Positions 24,950-38,966 of a DNA stretch of 64,000 nt are shown piece after piece. The notes beneath the pieces are model-generated. The model saw only the letters and a list, made by a program, of their open reading frames with translations. It had not been told where the DNA came from and did no database searches. The translations under genes and the position numbers were made by a program. The DNA comes from Takakia lepidozioides (Eukaryota; Plantae; Bryophyta): positions 8,866,001 through 8,930,000 of the forward strand of contig CM060731.1 in NCBI GenBank assembly GCA_030704615.1, given 5' to 3'. Within the stretch, counting starts at the first letter, position 1, and every line of letters starts with the position of its first letter.

Positions 24950-25910
24950 TTCCCTGTGGGGCCAAACAATTGTCTTAGTATTTGATCCAGTTGTCCAAGG
25001 AAGGTGGGCGTTATTTGTAGGGTATTTGAGTATTGTACATAGATAAGTTTTGTTAGTGATGGTTCTTTATATTGCATATAATTTGGCAATGGTGGAGGGG
25101 AATCATAAGTTAACAACAAGGGGTCAAATGTTGCTAATGTATACACTCCAGGAGGGTTTGCCATCATAGGATGTGTGTTATGGGCACTGTGGTTGTTGTT
25201 TGAGACGAGTAATATGGTGAATGAGTCTGGGGATGCATGAGCTGCCATGCGTGCCCAGTGAATTGCTTCGCCGGTGGTAATGGCGTTCGGGGGGTGAGCA
25301 AAGCCACGTCCTTGCCTGTGGTGGGATCTGGTTAAGCCTAAAGAGCCAAAATATTGATCTATTTTCATATAGACTGGAGTAGCTTGAGAAATTAGGCATG
25401 TGAGAGGATTGGAATAGTATGAGTGTGTGAATTTAAGTTTTGTGGTGAGAAAATGTAGTAGTGGTACGGGTAGTGTTGCGTAGGAGTGCGCAAGTGAGAG
25501 TTTGTTTGTTGTTTTGGGGGTTTTTGGTGGTAGGTCTTGGCATAGCGCTGGAGAAGTTTCGATACATATAGTGCAAATATGATAGGGGTATGTGGGTATT
25601 CGTGGTACAATGGGTTCAAGTGAGACATTTCCCACAACCAGGTCAGTCTTTGAAGCGTGATGTGTCCAATATAAGAGCCTAATGGACCATATATATATGT
25701 CATGCTATTGTGGGTGTAGATATGTGGCTCAGTTTGTAGAATATTTTTATGGTTGTGCTTCCATATAGTGCTGCTTATGTGTATGTGACAAGTAGGATGT
25801 GTTGGTACAGCGATGGTAATCATTCCCATGTGTTTTTTTGGGTGGTATACATTTCCATTTGCAACAATACATAGTGCTGGTCTTTGTGGCCCCATATGTG
25901 TCAAGGTTCA
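24950..25910 (-). mobile_element. Fragment of a probable Dualen/RandI-like LINE ORF with a methyltransferase-like segment
   Basis: Two overlapping frameshifted ORFs (25392-25904, 24868-25635) read YIYGPLGSYIGHITLQRL..FALYVSKLLQRY..HSYAT..THSYYSNPLTC..DQYFGSLG..GRGFAHPP..EAIHWARMAA..FTILLV. Family call is from recalled similarity, not a search. Confidence 0.5.
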
Positions 25911-28900
25911 TTTTCCGGGTGAAACCTTGGATTTCTTATAGTTCATGAGTAGGTATCGCAGTGTGTTGTGATAATACTTCAGCAGACGAGGCAGACATTG
26001 AAGCTTGTGTGGGCAGATGTATTTCAATTCCTCTCTAAGAGCATCTCCACGATGAGCACTTGGGCCCTATAAAATCACAAGCCGCAGTGGCGCCTATAAC
26101 AAATGCCTAGAATGGAGTATAATGCAATAAATATACTACAACAAAATGCAATATTTACGACTACACATACGACTACCCTCATGTAGTCATAAACGATACA
26201 TGTATGACTACACGATTGCAAAGAGATGTAAACCTTGTCAATACAATGACTACATGATGGTCAGTCGGAAACAGACCATCATATGAACCAAGTTATATTG
26301 CTCATTGTCATGCTGCAATCATATATTTGTCTAGAGTATATGACTTTAAAGTGGATTGCTGCAATCTATACACGTGTCTCTCTCTCATAATTCCAGGAAG
26401 ATCTTTGGATGTGCGCCACCGCCAAGAGCAAGTGGTCTTCTAATGACACGTGGCACATATTGGGGAGGCATTGCAGTCATTGTTCCAACTACAAACAACT
26501 TTGGTTGAAGCAGGACATGGGGCATCATGTGAGAACTTCAATTTTGAATCATACATGTACTTAAAGTCCTTCCCATGCCTACGCCTACAGCTACTGCTCA
26601 TCTATATTTATATTTCTTGTTACGCCCTCAAGATTCACATTGTATTGATATTGATACATTATATATGATGATACATCCGGTGCCACTAAAAATCCAATTG
26701 GGACATCAGTGGGTGGAAAGGGCACCCAACGAGTCAGAGTCCATGGAGCCCGTCTCCTATCACATATCATTCTTCCATCCTCCCGGTTCCCAGCCCCCAT
26801 CATTTGTTATGCGGACAATGTGGGCGCAACACAGGTTTCACCGCGTTTCGCGAGGCAATGACCCCCGCAGCGCGAAGAAGGATGGGTGCACCTGTGCCCC
26901 GGATCATGACAAATGATTCATCTCCCCGAAGCGGCGTGGCGGGTGGTAGCCAATAAATAAAATTATTTATTTTAAAAAAAAAACTCTCTTTTCCGAATAT
27001 CTGAAGTTGTGTGTCAATGTATGATGCGAGGTTGTCTAGTCATAGAACCCACTAAAGTGGTTTGTGGATTGGACGCGTAACATCATATAAGCGGTTTGAA
27101 TGTTTTTGTTTTTATATTTTGGAAACCGTAACTTTGTTGACAGCTGTCATGCAGGTAATGGATAATTCAAATTTTGTTTTGAGGATCAAAGTCATGCATA
27201 TGATTTTGTGTAGTTTTTTTTTGTGCTACTAAAGTGATATTATCTATTGCATGCAATACAACCCTAGTCATGCATGTATCTTTGTGTAGCCTTTTGTTTT
27301 ACTACTAGAGTGATACTGACTACTAAACGCAATAACCAACATCATTGTCATATAACAACAAATGAGGGTTAGGGATATCCATACTAATACAAAACAAATA
27401 TATCGGTTATAGAAATACTTTACAATTGAAATAAGCTGAAAGGTGTTTGAAGGACAAACTGAAAAGAAGAAAGTTGTAAGAGAGATCATGAGGCAATTGC
27501 AGCCCATCATTAACAACTAGCAATCATTAAAATGACTACACGACTCAATGCCTCATTCATAGGAAGGAATTTAGCAGTAGGAGTGTAGAGGACAAAGCAT
27601 AGACAATTAAACAATGGAAAATATAAAAAGAGATGGCATAAAACAACTACCAGTCAAATTGTATTGTCGTTCCAAAATCCATTTACCCAACATACATGTT
27701 GCCCTCATAATATTTACATTTCATGTTTTGTCTCACTAGCCATGACAAATAGCTTTGCATCAGCCTTGTCATGAATCCCAAATGCTAATTACTAACCATC
27801 GGGTAAAATAGTTAATAATTAAGGTTGAAACTCACATAGGCCTTCCTACATGAGGATTGTCACATTGGGGTCACGGGAACCCTTGAGCATTGCCTATAGA
27901 GGCCACTAGGGGTATTCAATTTTGTGTTTTGTTCATTTGTTCTCATGCTTAAGAGCATGATCAAGAGTGGCTCACTAAACTGCCACTCTATCATTTTAGT
28001 GATGCATATAGTGAGGCACACAAGGTAGATAGTACAGGGGCTGGCATGAGCCCCAGCAGCAACCCACCGTATCCATAGTAGAGTAATGGGGCGAGGCTGA
28101 GATGCAGATCGGTGACCGTGGCCCCGCCACCCATCCGTACATGTGAGGCTAATCTTGTGGTAGTGCGGGAGAATGCTGCACTCCAAGAGTGATGTAGATA
28201 GTGTGGGAGCGGGACGAAATTTGGTGGTGGACACTATTTTGAAGTGCAAATGTGTTGCTAGGGACGCGCAACCTCGTCCGAAATTCGCGGCCACGCTATA
28301 TTGAAGATAGAGTGCCAAAAAACCCTACTACTGGTCACGCTCTAACATGTTATTGTTATGCGTTATCTAACATGTCCATGCACATTGCCCATTGGAGAAA
28401 CATCATTTTTTGGTATTTTTAAAAAAAAATTGAGTGATGGGATCAACTTGGATGGTGCCACCCGAAATCCATAGCATCTCCGTCAAGCAGTCTAGTGGCA
28501 AGGACTTCACCATTAGTATGAATCCAGCCAACCTTGACTTCTCCTTTGGCCAAGGAGGCAAGGCTGGATCATGCAATGTCAAAAACGGAGAGTCCGGTCG
28601 GCATGTGTCCATTGTCATCCAGGCTGGGCGAGATTAATAAGGCTTCATCCTTTTGGGATCCCTCATCCAACAAGCAAAAAATAATCCAATTTGGCCAACA
28701 GATATAGTAGTGCTGCCACTTGGTAAAACCCCCAACAATAACCCTCTCACACACCCTGTGAAGAAATCTTAGCATGAAAAAGAGAGAATTATCGTCATCA
28801 AAACCTGACCCCTTTGCTTGCGTGATGAGACAACTTTGCTTTAACTCAAAATTAGGACAATCAATTGCCCTATGCAAGGAGTGCACAAGGGCTATTGTAT

Positions 28901-30612
28901 GGCTCTAATTTCATAAAAATTGAAGCAGATCTGAAAAAGCAATTTACATTTATATAGGCCCTGAAGCCTGTTTTGAAAGCCCCTTTTTGGGCTGGTGGGC
29001 ATTTAAGGGTTACAGAAGACACATTGGGAGTGAGCCTTGGCGACAAGTCGAAATTACGAAGTAAGAGAAGCGGACCACGTCCTTAAACGTTGAGTTTCTA
29101 GCTCCCATACATGCCAACATGGTGCTCTTGGGCGACATCCAAGGGCTGGGTGGGCCCACTGGCTACAATCTTTGATCACATTAGGGTTTTAGGATGACCA
29201 TGACAGCCCACTAGATCTTGTGGATGGGATTTGGCTAAAAACTCACTTTATCATCCTATTTTTCCCATAGACTTTTTCGCCACCAAAATTGGGTGGTGCA
29301 ATCTGGCGAATTTTCACCAAATATGGAAGTGACTACATGTCTGCCTGTCTCGACTACTGCAACATTCCATAGAGCTTTTCAAGAGAGAGAAGACTCTGGT
29401 CAGAGTAACTAAGAGCCACAAGAGCTTTTCATTGACTATTGGTCCTATCAATGATATAGAAGCTAAAATCCGAACTGCTCATAAGAGCACATGAGAACTC
29501 CTTCGGTTTCATATCATCAACTACAGCACCTCAAGTAGATTTGGTTGACTCAAAACATGTAAGTTTGTGGACATTGCATGATGTGACCATTAAACAAACC
29601 AACATTGTTTCCAACTGGGATAGCTTTACATTTGTTAAACGGAAGCACATAGCTTCATCACTGGAATAAGTATGCATCTCATGTACACAGATGACAAATG
29701 GTCCCCCTTCCTCCCAGCCAAGCTGGAAGCTACATTTCCTCTATCCACTAAAACCCATATCTTTTTTTCACAATACCTCGGACTGTGATTCACAAGCTTG
29801 TCTTCTTCCCTGCAACTGTCAAAACTTGTTCTCCAGCTATTTGATCTCTAATAATAAGGGTGTAAATTTTTCCAAACTCTGAATGCGAGCGCAATACCAT
29901 TCCAGTGCCCCATTTGCCATTGGTGAGCCACAGCTCTCTTCATTGCCATCATCTCACACTGCCATGACCTTTGTTCAGCTCGTGTATTTCAAAAGCGTGG
30001 CAAGACTTGAGAGTGACGCATATGAGTTCCGCCGTTGCCTACCTAGACTACGGACAGGAAGGCCTGCTAATAGATCTGTTTCTATGTACAAACCACTCCT
30101 CATTGGTGGTCCATGCCAACTGCAAAAAATAAAACCCTGGTAAAGCGACCTCTAGTTCCGGCTTCAAAGTTCTCCCCCTCCCACCCCTTCTCTTTCCCGT
30201 CCTTTTTTCTCCCTACTTGAAGGAAAAAATCAAGATATTGCACCTCATGACTTTGTCGATTGCAGTATCTGCCAAATAGAAACCTGACAACAGGCTGGCA
30301 ATGTAATGGACCCCTTCTACCCACTAAAACCATCCACCCAGTGCTTGAACATTGGGCCATCGTTGTGCTTTTTCCAACAGCAAACCTTACTACAACTCTC
30401 ACCTAACAGAAGACCTGGAGCAAAACTGAAACAGCCTGTACTACTAAGAAAGTGAAGCCTGTTTTGCCCCATGCAGTTTGTGCTTCATGTGAAACCTGCA
30501 ACTGTGGCGAAAGTCATGGTCCACGATCATCTTGTCATCAATTGCACGCATACCTGTGATGCCTGTATAACATGATGCAGGCCCTCTCTGGGTCTGGAGA
30601 GTAATAAAAGTT

Positions 30613-33600
30613 TCAAACCTTTTCACGCAGAAAGGGCTCGAACAGACTCGAACAGGGGGTAGGGTCATGACGAAGTATTCTGGCTGCACGGTTAAATTCA
30701 TCACGTAGAACACGAATGCTGTGCCGATCTACAACTCGCCCAAGGTCATGGGTCACCTCAAAGGGGTCCTCAATGCATATCAGGTGGCGCTCATTGCCAA
30801 CTCTTCGTGTCCAATCCTTTTCATCCTTGCTGCCCAGTCCCCAAACCCATTCAAACAACATCTGAAAGGCATGCCTTGAGGAACATACAAGCTCTACTCT
30901 CAAACAAAAAACTAGAGATACCTGTAAACATTCCAAGGCAGAAACAATCCACTGCAGGAAAACACAACATCAATGTAGCATAGCAAGACATGGCTGACAG
31001 CTTTGGCGATGATGCCCTGCCACCCCTTCCATCGCTCCTGACTACATTATCCCATATTCCTATAAATACAATGGCTCAACAATCAATGTTGGAGATAACC
31101 CATACCTCAAGTAACCTCCAGTGCGGATGGAGATCACAGAACGATTGTAGTCATGACGGAAAGCCCAGTACTCGAAGAAAGCAGTAAATAACTCGCCCAC
31201 CAACTCCTTGTTGTGTTCACCGAAGTGCTTTAGTGTATCTACCTTGTCATAGTATGCACACTCAATCTTCCCAACTCTAACTTGATAAGTTGGCTGCATC
31301 TCCTGAAATAGCTAAACACCATTCATAAGTTTTAAAACATGCACGAAACGTTCACCTAATACAGTGGTACCCAGAAGATTGTCCATGAGAAAGGAGCGCG
31401 TTTGACAGGGGCCTGAGGGAAGTTGGGTGTGTGGGTACCCGTCAGCAAAAAGTGAGACAAAGTGCCTTCTAGAAGCCACAAATGGAATAGAATGATTCTG
31501 AAGAATGATACTTATTAATCAGCCTGTCAATTTGAAATTGTCAAGCTCAGGCCCACCAGCCAAAATCTTGGTGGACACGGCCAATTATTGGGTCTGCTCA
31601 CAATAGCAAGTGTGACAAACCTTGATCATAAGTCACCACACACAGGCTCTCTTTCTCAAAAGTGAATGGAAATTAGGTGCTCATTTTGGGCTGATATTGA
31701 CGTCTTACTCGAGCATAATGTAGAATCCAGCAGTTAGAACATGGTGTCAGAAGTTCTATGAGGGCCAATATCTGAAGGAGTGTTCTAGACCCAGTTTACA
31801 GGGATTGGTCAATGAACAATCTGCAAAAGATCACAAAGGTCATACCTGAAGACAAGGAAGAACTGCCGGCTTTCGCTGCTGCAGAAAATGGATGCACATT
31901 AATACATACCTGTTTCCCCGCAACCCGGAAAAATGCTCTAATAAATTTTCAAGTTGCCTTTCATTCATTTCCATCGAATGGGCTGGCTAGCAGAGAAAGT
32001 AAGGGACACATTGACAAACTTGGGATGATGGAACAGTCAACAAGAAAGAGACGGGAGGAACTCACGCATAGCTAGAGAGGGTGCCACGGTAGGTCTCATT
32101 CACTTGGCGGCGCTTGGCCCAGTGCTTGACCAGAAATGCAAGCTGGCGCAGTCGGGGGTCGATCTGGGAGTAGTCATGTAGCAGCTTTGAGTTCACTACG
32201 GCCAACATATTATTCACGCAGATGTCACATGAAATGCCTGTAACTGGGTCCGTAAATTTCACAATTGGAACTCGAGCATGTGTCAGTGCCTGTACATATA
32301 GAACAGATAATAAGTAGAGGCATAGATAGCATAACCCTGCTTCATGCGAGAGATAATACGTATTGTGCTAGCCCCCTAACATTGACAGGTTCACACTATT
32401 ATGAACCTATAGCTCAGGATAGCTGCAAGAGCAACCTCTGATTGGTGGTTCCATTCTTGTAGCAGGATAAAGAGCTAACTTCATCTAACTATCCTATCTG
32501 GAAAATCTGGAAAATCTGGAAGAAGAGAAACTGGAAGGGTTTAATCCTGGAATGGAGTGAAGGTGGTTAAGCCCTTTCTACTCTCCTCCCGACCCCTCTC
32601 ACACTCTCTGCTCTCCTCTCTGCTCTAAGGAAAAAGCATGAGATCTATGAACACATGGCTGCGGCGAACGAAATGTGACGAATACATGAGCTCCAAAAGA
32701 TATAATCGGAACACCCACCTGAACGTTGTGCATGTCATCAGAGCGCAGGATGCCAGCCATTTTCATCACTAGATCTGCCTTGCTGGACTGTTCATCATCA
32801 ACAGAGAGACAAACATCAATATCACTGTTGCACACACCAAAATCATTGGCACACGAACCAAACAGAAACAGCTTCGCCCCAGGCCAATTCCGGGAGACTA
32901 GGCTGTCCAATTGGGTGAGAAATTGTCGCCGTCTCAGCACCTCTTCTTGTGGGGGTATGAGGGCCTGCAGGCAAAACAAATTTCCCCATCAGTGTAACGA
33001 CTTTTAGGACGACAACACAGGCCCCTTGGCCACAAACAAAGACAAACTGCTGAAGGAGGCATTCTGGCATCATCTGAACCAAAGCACACTCTTGTCAGTA
33101 CTAAGTCTAGCCCTTCCTATCCACCCCAAAGCAATCAACAACACAGAAAGATTTGGACAACAAAACGGGACGAGTAGGAAACATCTTGACCTTGTAAATT
33201 GCCAAAAGCTGGGGTGTGAATGTTTGTAAATCAGGTCGGTAACGCGTTTCGTTCCTGAACAGACTTGGAAGTGGACCACGCTGCTGTTGGGGTCTGCGAA
33301 CTTCCCGTGAATGCTCATGTCTCGTCTCAAACTCCATATCCTGTTGAAATGGACAAATGAAAATAATTGTGTTATGCATAAACTCCAAAGACCATCTAAT
33401 CAAGCCAGATAGGCGAGTATCGTGATTTGCAACTATTGCAAAGAGACTACATGGTTCTCAGTACACACTTGCTGACCATATCAGGCTACTGGCAATTCAA
33501 GGGAAGGAGAAGACTGAAGAGTGAAAGAGCAAGGAGGGATTTCCGTAGAAAATTCAATGTGAGGGTAGTTAACAATCACATCCATGTCAGCCCGCAAAAC

Positions 33601-36600
33601 TAAATGACTAGAAGGGAAAACATGGTGACAAGGAGAGAGTTGTCTGAAGAGATACCTTCGACCAAAGAGAGATAAAGAGAGATACCTCATGTGTCATGAG
33701 AGCAGGGCCCTGCAGGGATGACTGATCCGTGTCCTCAACAAGCTTCAAGTAGCTTGAAAAATCCCGAATTAAATCCTCCTCCTCTTCTCTTGCCAATCCA
33801 TCCTCACAGGCTGACTGTCCATTATCATGAAAATCCATGCTATAGTTCTCAGCCCTTTCTCTTCCACCATCTCGCCATCCCTCGTGCAGCTGCTGCTTTG
33901 ACTCATCAATAGCCGATCCAGGCGTCGAGTTCCGCACCATGTTTGACGGCAGTCCTGGATGATCTACCTGCTTGCACCAGCACACTGAACATTAGGGCCC
34001 AATGTAAATTAGAAATCAAGTACCTCTGCAAAATTACAAAACACGAGATTCGAGCCTCGCCAGCGAGGTCCACCTATTTTTCAAAGGTGGGCCCTGTAAC
34101 AGAATGTATCAGGTCAGCCACCAAACTGCAGGTTGCCTCCCCATAATCTATTTTGTGGTTGTTAGCACGGTGAGGTCAGAAGCTTACCAATGCCACTTGC
34201 TTACACTGGGTCAAGTAACCTCCATGCTAGGTGAAGGTCGCAATTAGCCCAAAGCAAAAGTAAATTGTGCTGTAGTTTATGTGCATAAAGTTCAAGACTA
34301 TTGATAACAGGTGCTCATATAATGCCCAATTATTACCAATCGAGACGCCAACATTTGCAAGTACGCCTAGGTGAAGGCATTTATTCTCTCCCTCTCCAAG
34401 TCATACAACACGAGCAAGCCAGTGTCCATGGTATTTGCCACCCTTCATACACACTTCCTGCCCACTCCACTACCTTCTTCACCTCCCACTCTCTTAAAAA
34501 GAAAGTTTATTGCTGACAATAGAGTAGCCTATCGAGGCTTCTTGGGTCTGTAAAGAACCGTTTAGACTGGGAGGAACTACCAGTAATGTGACCTACGAAG
34601 GAAGGTAAGAACATCCACCTGTGATGCAAGGGGTAAAATTGCAACTGAATCAGCATAGTCCTCAGGTTCAGATCGCTGGAGAGGTGCATCTTCTAATGCA
34701 GAGTCAGACAGCTTGGCTTGAGCTGGAGGGGCCCCTTGAGGAACAGGTTGCTTCATCCGCCACTCCTGTGTCTGGCCCCTGCGCCGCCTCAGGTCATCTC
34801 GCAATTTCACCCCACTGATCCCCCCGTCCCTAGTAGCATTGGTTTCCTCCTTGCCAGGTGGTGGAGAATTGGCTGCGGTCGCATTGACATTTGCTGCATG
34901 GCCAGGCACCAACTGGGTGGTTGTCACTTGGGCAACAGCCCTTTCAGGAGGAGCCCCTTCCACAGACTCCCCAGGACTGCCACTTGGACCCCCTTCTCTC
35001 TCACCCTCCCTTTCTCGCTGCCTGTCACTTAAAACAACCCATTGCCCAGTCGTAGTTCGCCCACCCCGCCGAGTCACCTCCCCTTTCCCAGGGGGCCGTC
35101 TCCCTCCCCCCCTTCCCCAGTCTCTGGGAACCTCATGGGAAGTACCATTTTCAGCATCTTTTGCAGGGGTTACAAAACCTTCCACAGAGCCTGGATTTGA
35201 AATTCTTTCTGTTTTGGAGCCCATGCTGCCAGCCACTCCCTGGAAAACCTCCTCTCTTGTCCTTCCCTTGGCACCGATATGCTGCTGTCTTTGCTGCTGA
35301 GCTATATTGCATAGAAACCGACAAATTTAGAGAGAATCCCATCAATTGTTTACTTGTATTCCAATGAGATTCTCATCAGCAAAACTGTGAAATGTGCCTT
35401 TAATGGTTAATCAATCACATTCTTCTGAAAGCAAACTCAATCATTATACTTCACAGTAAATGCACAAAGGTATGACATTCATACCTAGCACATCCCCAGT
35501 TTTGCTACTGTGCTCAAGACCAACTCCCATATGATGAGCTGCCCCCTCGTGGAACCCATCCCAACCACCCAGAAGCCCCCCTCCCTCTCGTCCCCCTTCT
35601 TGAAACTCCAAGGACTCAAGTGCCCCCTTAGACACTTGAAAGAATCTGCTGGAGGCCGAAGAAAGATTGCTGGCTGTGTCCCGTTCACCTGAAAAACCTA
35701 AAGGTTGCAACATCCCAGCCCTTGGATCCTCACCAAAAAACTCGTATTTCCTCTGCTGCCGCTGGGGAAGGTGTGAAATCTCACCGCCTGCATGCCACAT
35801 GACATGATTCAAGCTCTCCTTGCTGGTCTTTCCCCCGTAGTTTGGATCCCTCATGTGGTTTTCCTGACTTAGTAGAATGCCGGGCTTTGAACCTCCCTCT
35901 TGGGGACCATTAGTCAGAGAATTTGGAGCTGCCCAGGATCTGCCGAGCAGGTCTTCAAGACCTGAAGTTGATCTGGGAGGCTGGGAAGCCTCACTGCGTC
36001 TTGGCGGTCCAATTGGACCATGCACTATCATGGGTCCCCCCTTTTGAGCAGCCCCAGTAAATTTAGGCTGAAGCTCCGGGCCTGAGTCAATGACTCCACC
36101 CTGCTTACTCGAAGAAGGCGCAGACGTCATCACCTGAGGGCCTCCCCCCAACAAAAGCTGCAGCAATTCGGCGCCATCTCCATAGAATTGTTGGGGTGGT
36201 GGCGTGGGCGGCACTGGGTGCGGAGGTGTCTTCTGCCCACTACCTTGGATCGAAGCCCCCCACAACCGTGCATTCGTGTTTCCTGTGGCATCCATGGGCC
36301 CTTGCCGCAGCTGAGCGGCTGGACCCCAAGGCGCATCGGAGTGTCTAGAGAAATCCACGGGTGAGGATTCTACCCTTCTTTGTTGTTCCGAAAGCGGTGG
36401 GGCATATGGTGGGAACATGGAGGACGAGCCCTGATGAGGCCCATGGGATTGTGGGCCAGCAAACCCTCGATGGTCTAACGATGGGGGAAAATATTGCTGC
36501 TGCGTCCATCCCCCGCCCCCACCGCTGTACTGCGGCATCAACAAGGGATTTCCGTGCCGGTGCTGGTTTGACTGCAGAAGCTGCGATGGCACGTCCCCTG

Positions 36601-36931
36601 CCAGGGGGGGTGGCTGCAAGTACGAATAGCTCGGACCCAGGGCTGCCACTGCGGGGTCGCGGAGCTGCCATGTAGCAGCATCTTCGCTCCCCATTGAGTG
36701 AGAATAATCATGTTGAGGAGGGGACCCTTCACCATTGATCTTGAGATCTGATAAACTTCCTCCCCCTTGCAGCAGCTGCAACAAGAACTCTCCCTTCGGT
36801 TCCGATCCATGATGCCGTGTGGAAGGCTCCCCGATCACCCCCGGATTGGACTGAGACAGAGAGGGAGACGGCGGGTACAGGGAGGAGCCCGGGAGGGGCT
36901 GGTGGGGGTGGAAGGGTGGGGCGGGGCTCAT
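30613..36931 (-). CDS. URT1: UTP:RNA uridylyltransferase 1 (Cid1-family terminal uridylyltransferase)
   Basis: Nine GT-AG exons: 36931-35485, 35301-34619, 33967-33686, 33340-33191, 32964-32719, 32289-32066, 31909-31846, 31302-31106, 30829-30613. URT1-type N-terminal motifs GEFLLQLL and [15 protein letters not shown]; catalytic [55 protein letters not shown]. Confidence 0.95.
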
Positions 36932-38379
36932 GGATGCACCACGGCATTCATCCAGGGAGGGCGCCAGCGAGCGAGCCTCCCCCCTCCCCCTCACTCGCCC
37001 TAAATCTGTTACACCATGAAATCGAAGCTGCCGGCCCCCTCATCATCTCCATCTTGAGCCTTCCGCATCCTTCCTGCCATCATCCTGCTCCACACTGCCT
37101 TCCAAACTCTCTACAGCCACTCTTACACACATAGAACCAGAGAGATGAACCAGAGAGATGGAAAGCACACGGAAATTCAAAGTTGCCTCAAAATGCCGAA
37201 AGCTCACCACTACCAATACACTCGCCTGCCAAAGTACCAGAAAAAACGAGAGTCAAAGCTGAGAAATCGCAGAGAGATGTCCTTCCACAAGAATGCAAAG
37301 AAAGATTGCTCACAACAAACCGAAATCAGGCCGGTGCTCAGACAGGAAAGAAAGGAAGGCAACGCCCGCAAGCCCCATCGCAAACGAGCGGCCCGGAATA
37401 GTGAGGGAGAGCAGCCAGGAATAGTGGCTCCCGATCGCGTGCGCCGGCCACGCGGCGCCTCTGGATTGCACACTACAAACACATCCTGTCCACCTCGACA
37501 CTTTGTGGTCCACACGGCCCCGCCCAATGGCGGCCCAGCATCCTAGGGCTTCTGTTTATTTATCACCCAATAAAATCCGAATTACTGCATTAAGTTTCCT
37601 GCCATATCAAGAAAGCGACAAACAGCGGCATAAAAGTGTCAGCGAGCCGCCGAGCAGGTAAGCTCCTCTGTCTGTGCATCCATCCAAACCATTCATCCAA
37701 GTCGGGCACAAGCACCGACGGCGCGTGAAGCAAAGGCTAATTACAGCTGGGCATCCGGATACGGCCGCCGCCAAATTCAGCGGCGCTCTGTCTCTTCCCG
37801 CGCCGATAAGCACTCCGGCTAAATCGATCCTGCCATATGAACGGTTGCGATCTTCCCATTCGCTTCTGGGAAGCAGTTGTTCGAAGATACATTCAGAAGT
37901 AGATGAGGTCGTTCGTCCAACTCAGGTCACCTACCAAACTCAACGAATGCAACACAGATCGACGACATTCGTTAGTGGGCTGCGCACAAGGACACCTGTG
38001 GATGGCTGGCAGAGCAACCCTGGGGCCTCTAGCATCTAATCCGATTGAGCTGCAGGTAATGGCGGTAAAATGTAAGTACGGTCGGCAGCAGAATGGTGGC
38101 GGGAAGGGCGGGTCCCGCTGATGCATGGTAGGGTGACCCTTCTAGAAAGGGTAGACCGTGGTCTGTAGGAAAGTGTCAGGTGAGAATGAGAGAGTTTTTC
38201 CTTTTACTTTCTTTTTGGAGGAAGGACAAAGGAGGCATAGGTATGTCGGATGTTTTACCCGGATATACCCGCCACCTGGCGGGTATATATCGGGATATAT
38301 ATCAAAATATGCAACCCGGTGTGGCAGGATATATATACCCTTATGTAAGTTAATTGAACAGGGGAGGTGCCATCTTGAA

Positions 38380-38413
<34 letters not shown>

Positions 38414-38499
38414 AGTTCTCTGCATCAATGGGTTTCTCATATGATATACCTTCTCTAATGCAGGGTATGGATGAAGGCTAATTAGCGATCAGGGCGAAA

Positions 38500-38966
38500 T
38501 CATTTCAACTTGCCCTCGGATGAGGAAAATTTATCCTGTGAATAATAATATAAATATATAAAATATATACCACAATATTATAATTACAGACGAAGACGTC
38601 TGGAAGCTCTCGGAAGAGGTTTTCAACCAATGGGAGCAAGGAAAGATTATTGACAATTTTGGGGTACAGTTCAAGGAAGGAGAGCAACAACTCTCAAAAT
38701 CAGCTATTGCGAAACTGCAAGGATTGAACACCAGGCAGTTGAAAAAGGTTGCGCAAAAGATCTTGGACTGGGATTTGAGCGTTCGGGGTCCCTACAAGGG
38801 TGAAGACAAATCCAAGCTCAGCATGAACATGTACATTGATCAGATGAAATTGTGCAGGTTTCTTATCGATGATGTTATGGAAGTATTAGGGTGGCCTCGG
38901 AGGAGCAAACTGTGTCCGGAACTATACTCAAAGGAGAGGGTGGCTGGAGGTGAAGAAAAAATATGA
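38500..38966 (+). pseudogene. Fragment of an unidentified, probably transposon-associated ORF
   Basis: After an AT-rich intron-like stretch ending ttacag (38589) the frame reads DEDVWKLSEEVFNQWEQGKIIDNFG...KKVAQKILDWDL...; no complete gene or recognisable domain. Confidence 0.35.

Noticed and set aside
26036-28961. PIF/Harbinger-like element (GAGCATCTCCA; GGCCCTATA...TATAGGCCC)
   Set aside because: The TIR match is short, there is no consistent TSD, and no transposase or Myb motif is recognisable.
36932-36994. GTG start for URT1 from the ORF track
   Set aside because: Nuclear gene; the first in-frame ATG is at 36931, upstream of the conserved GEFLL motif.
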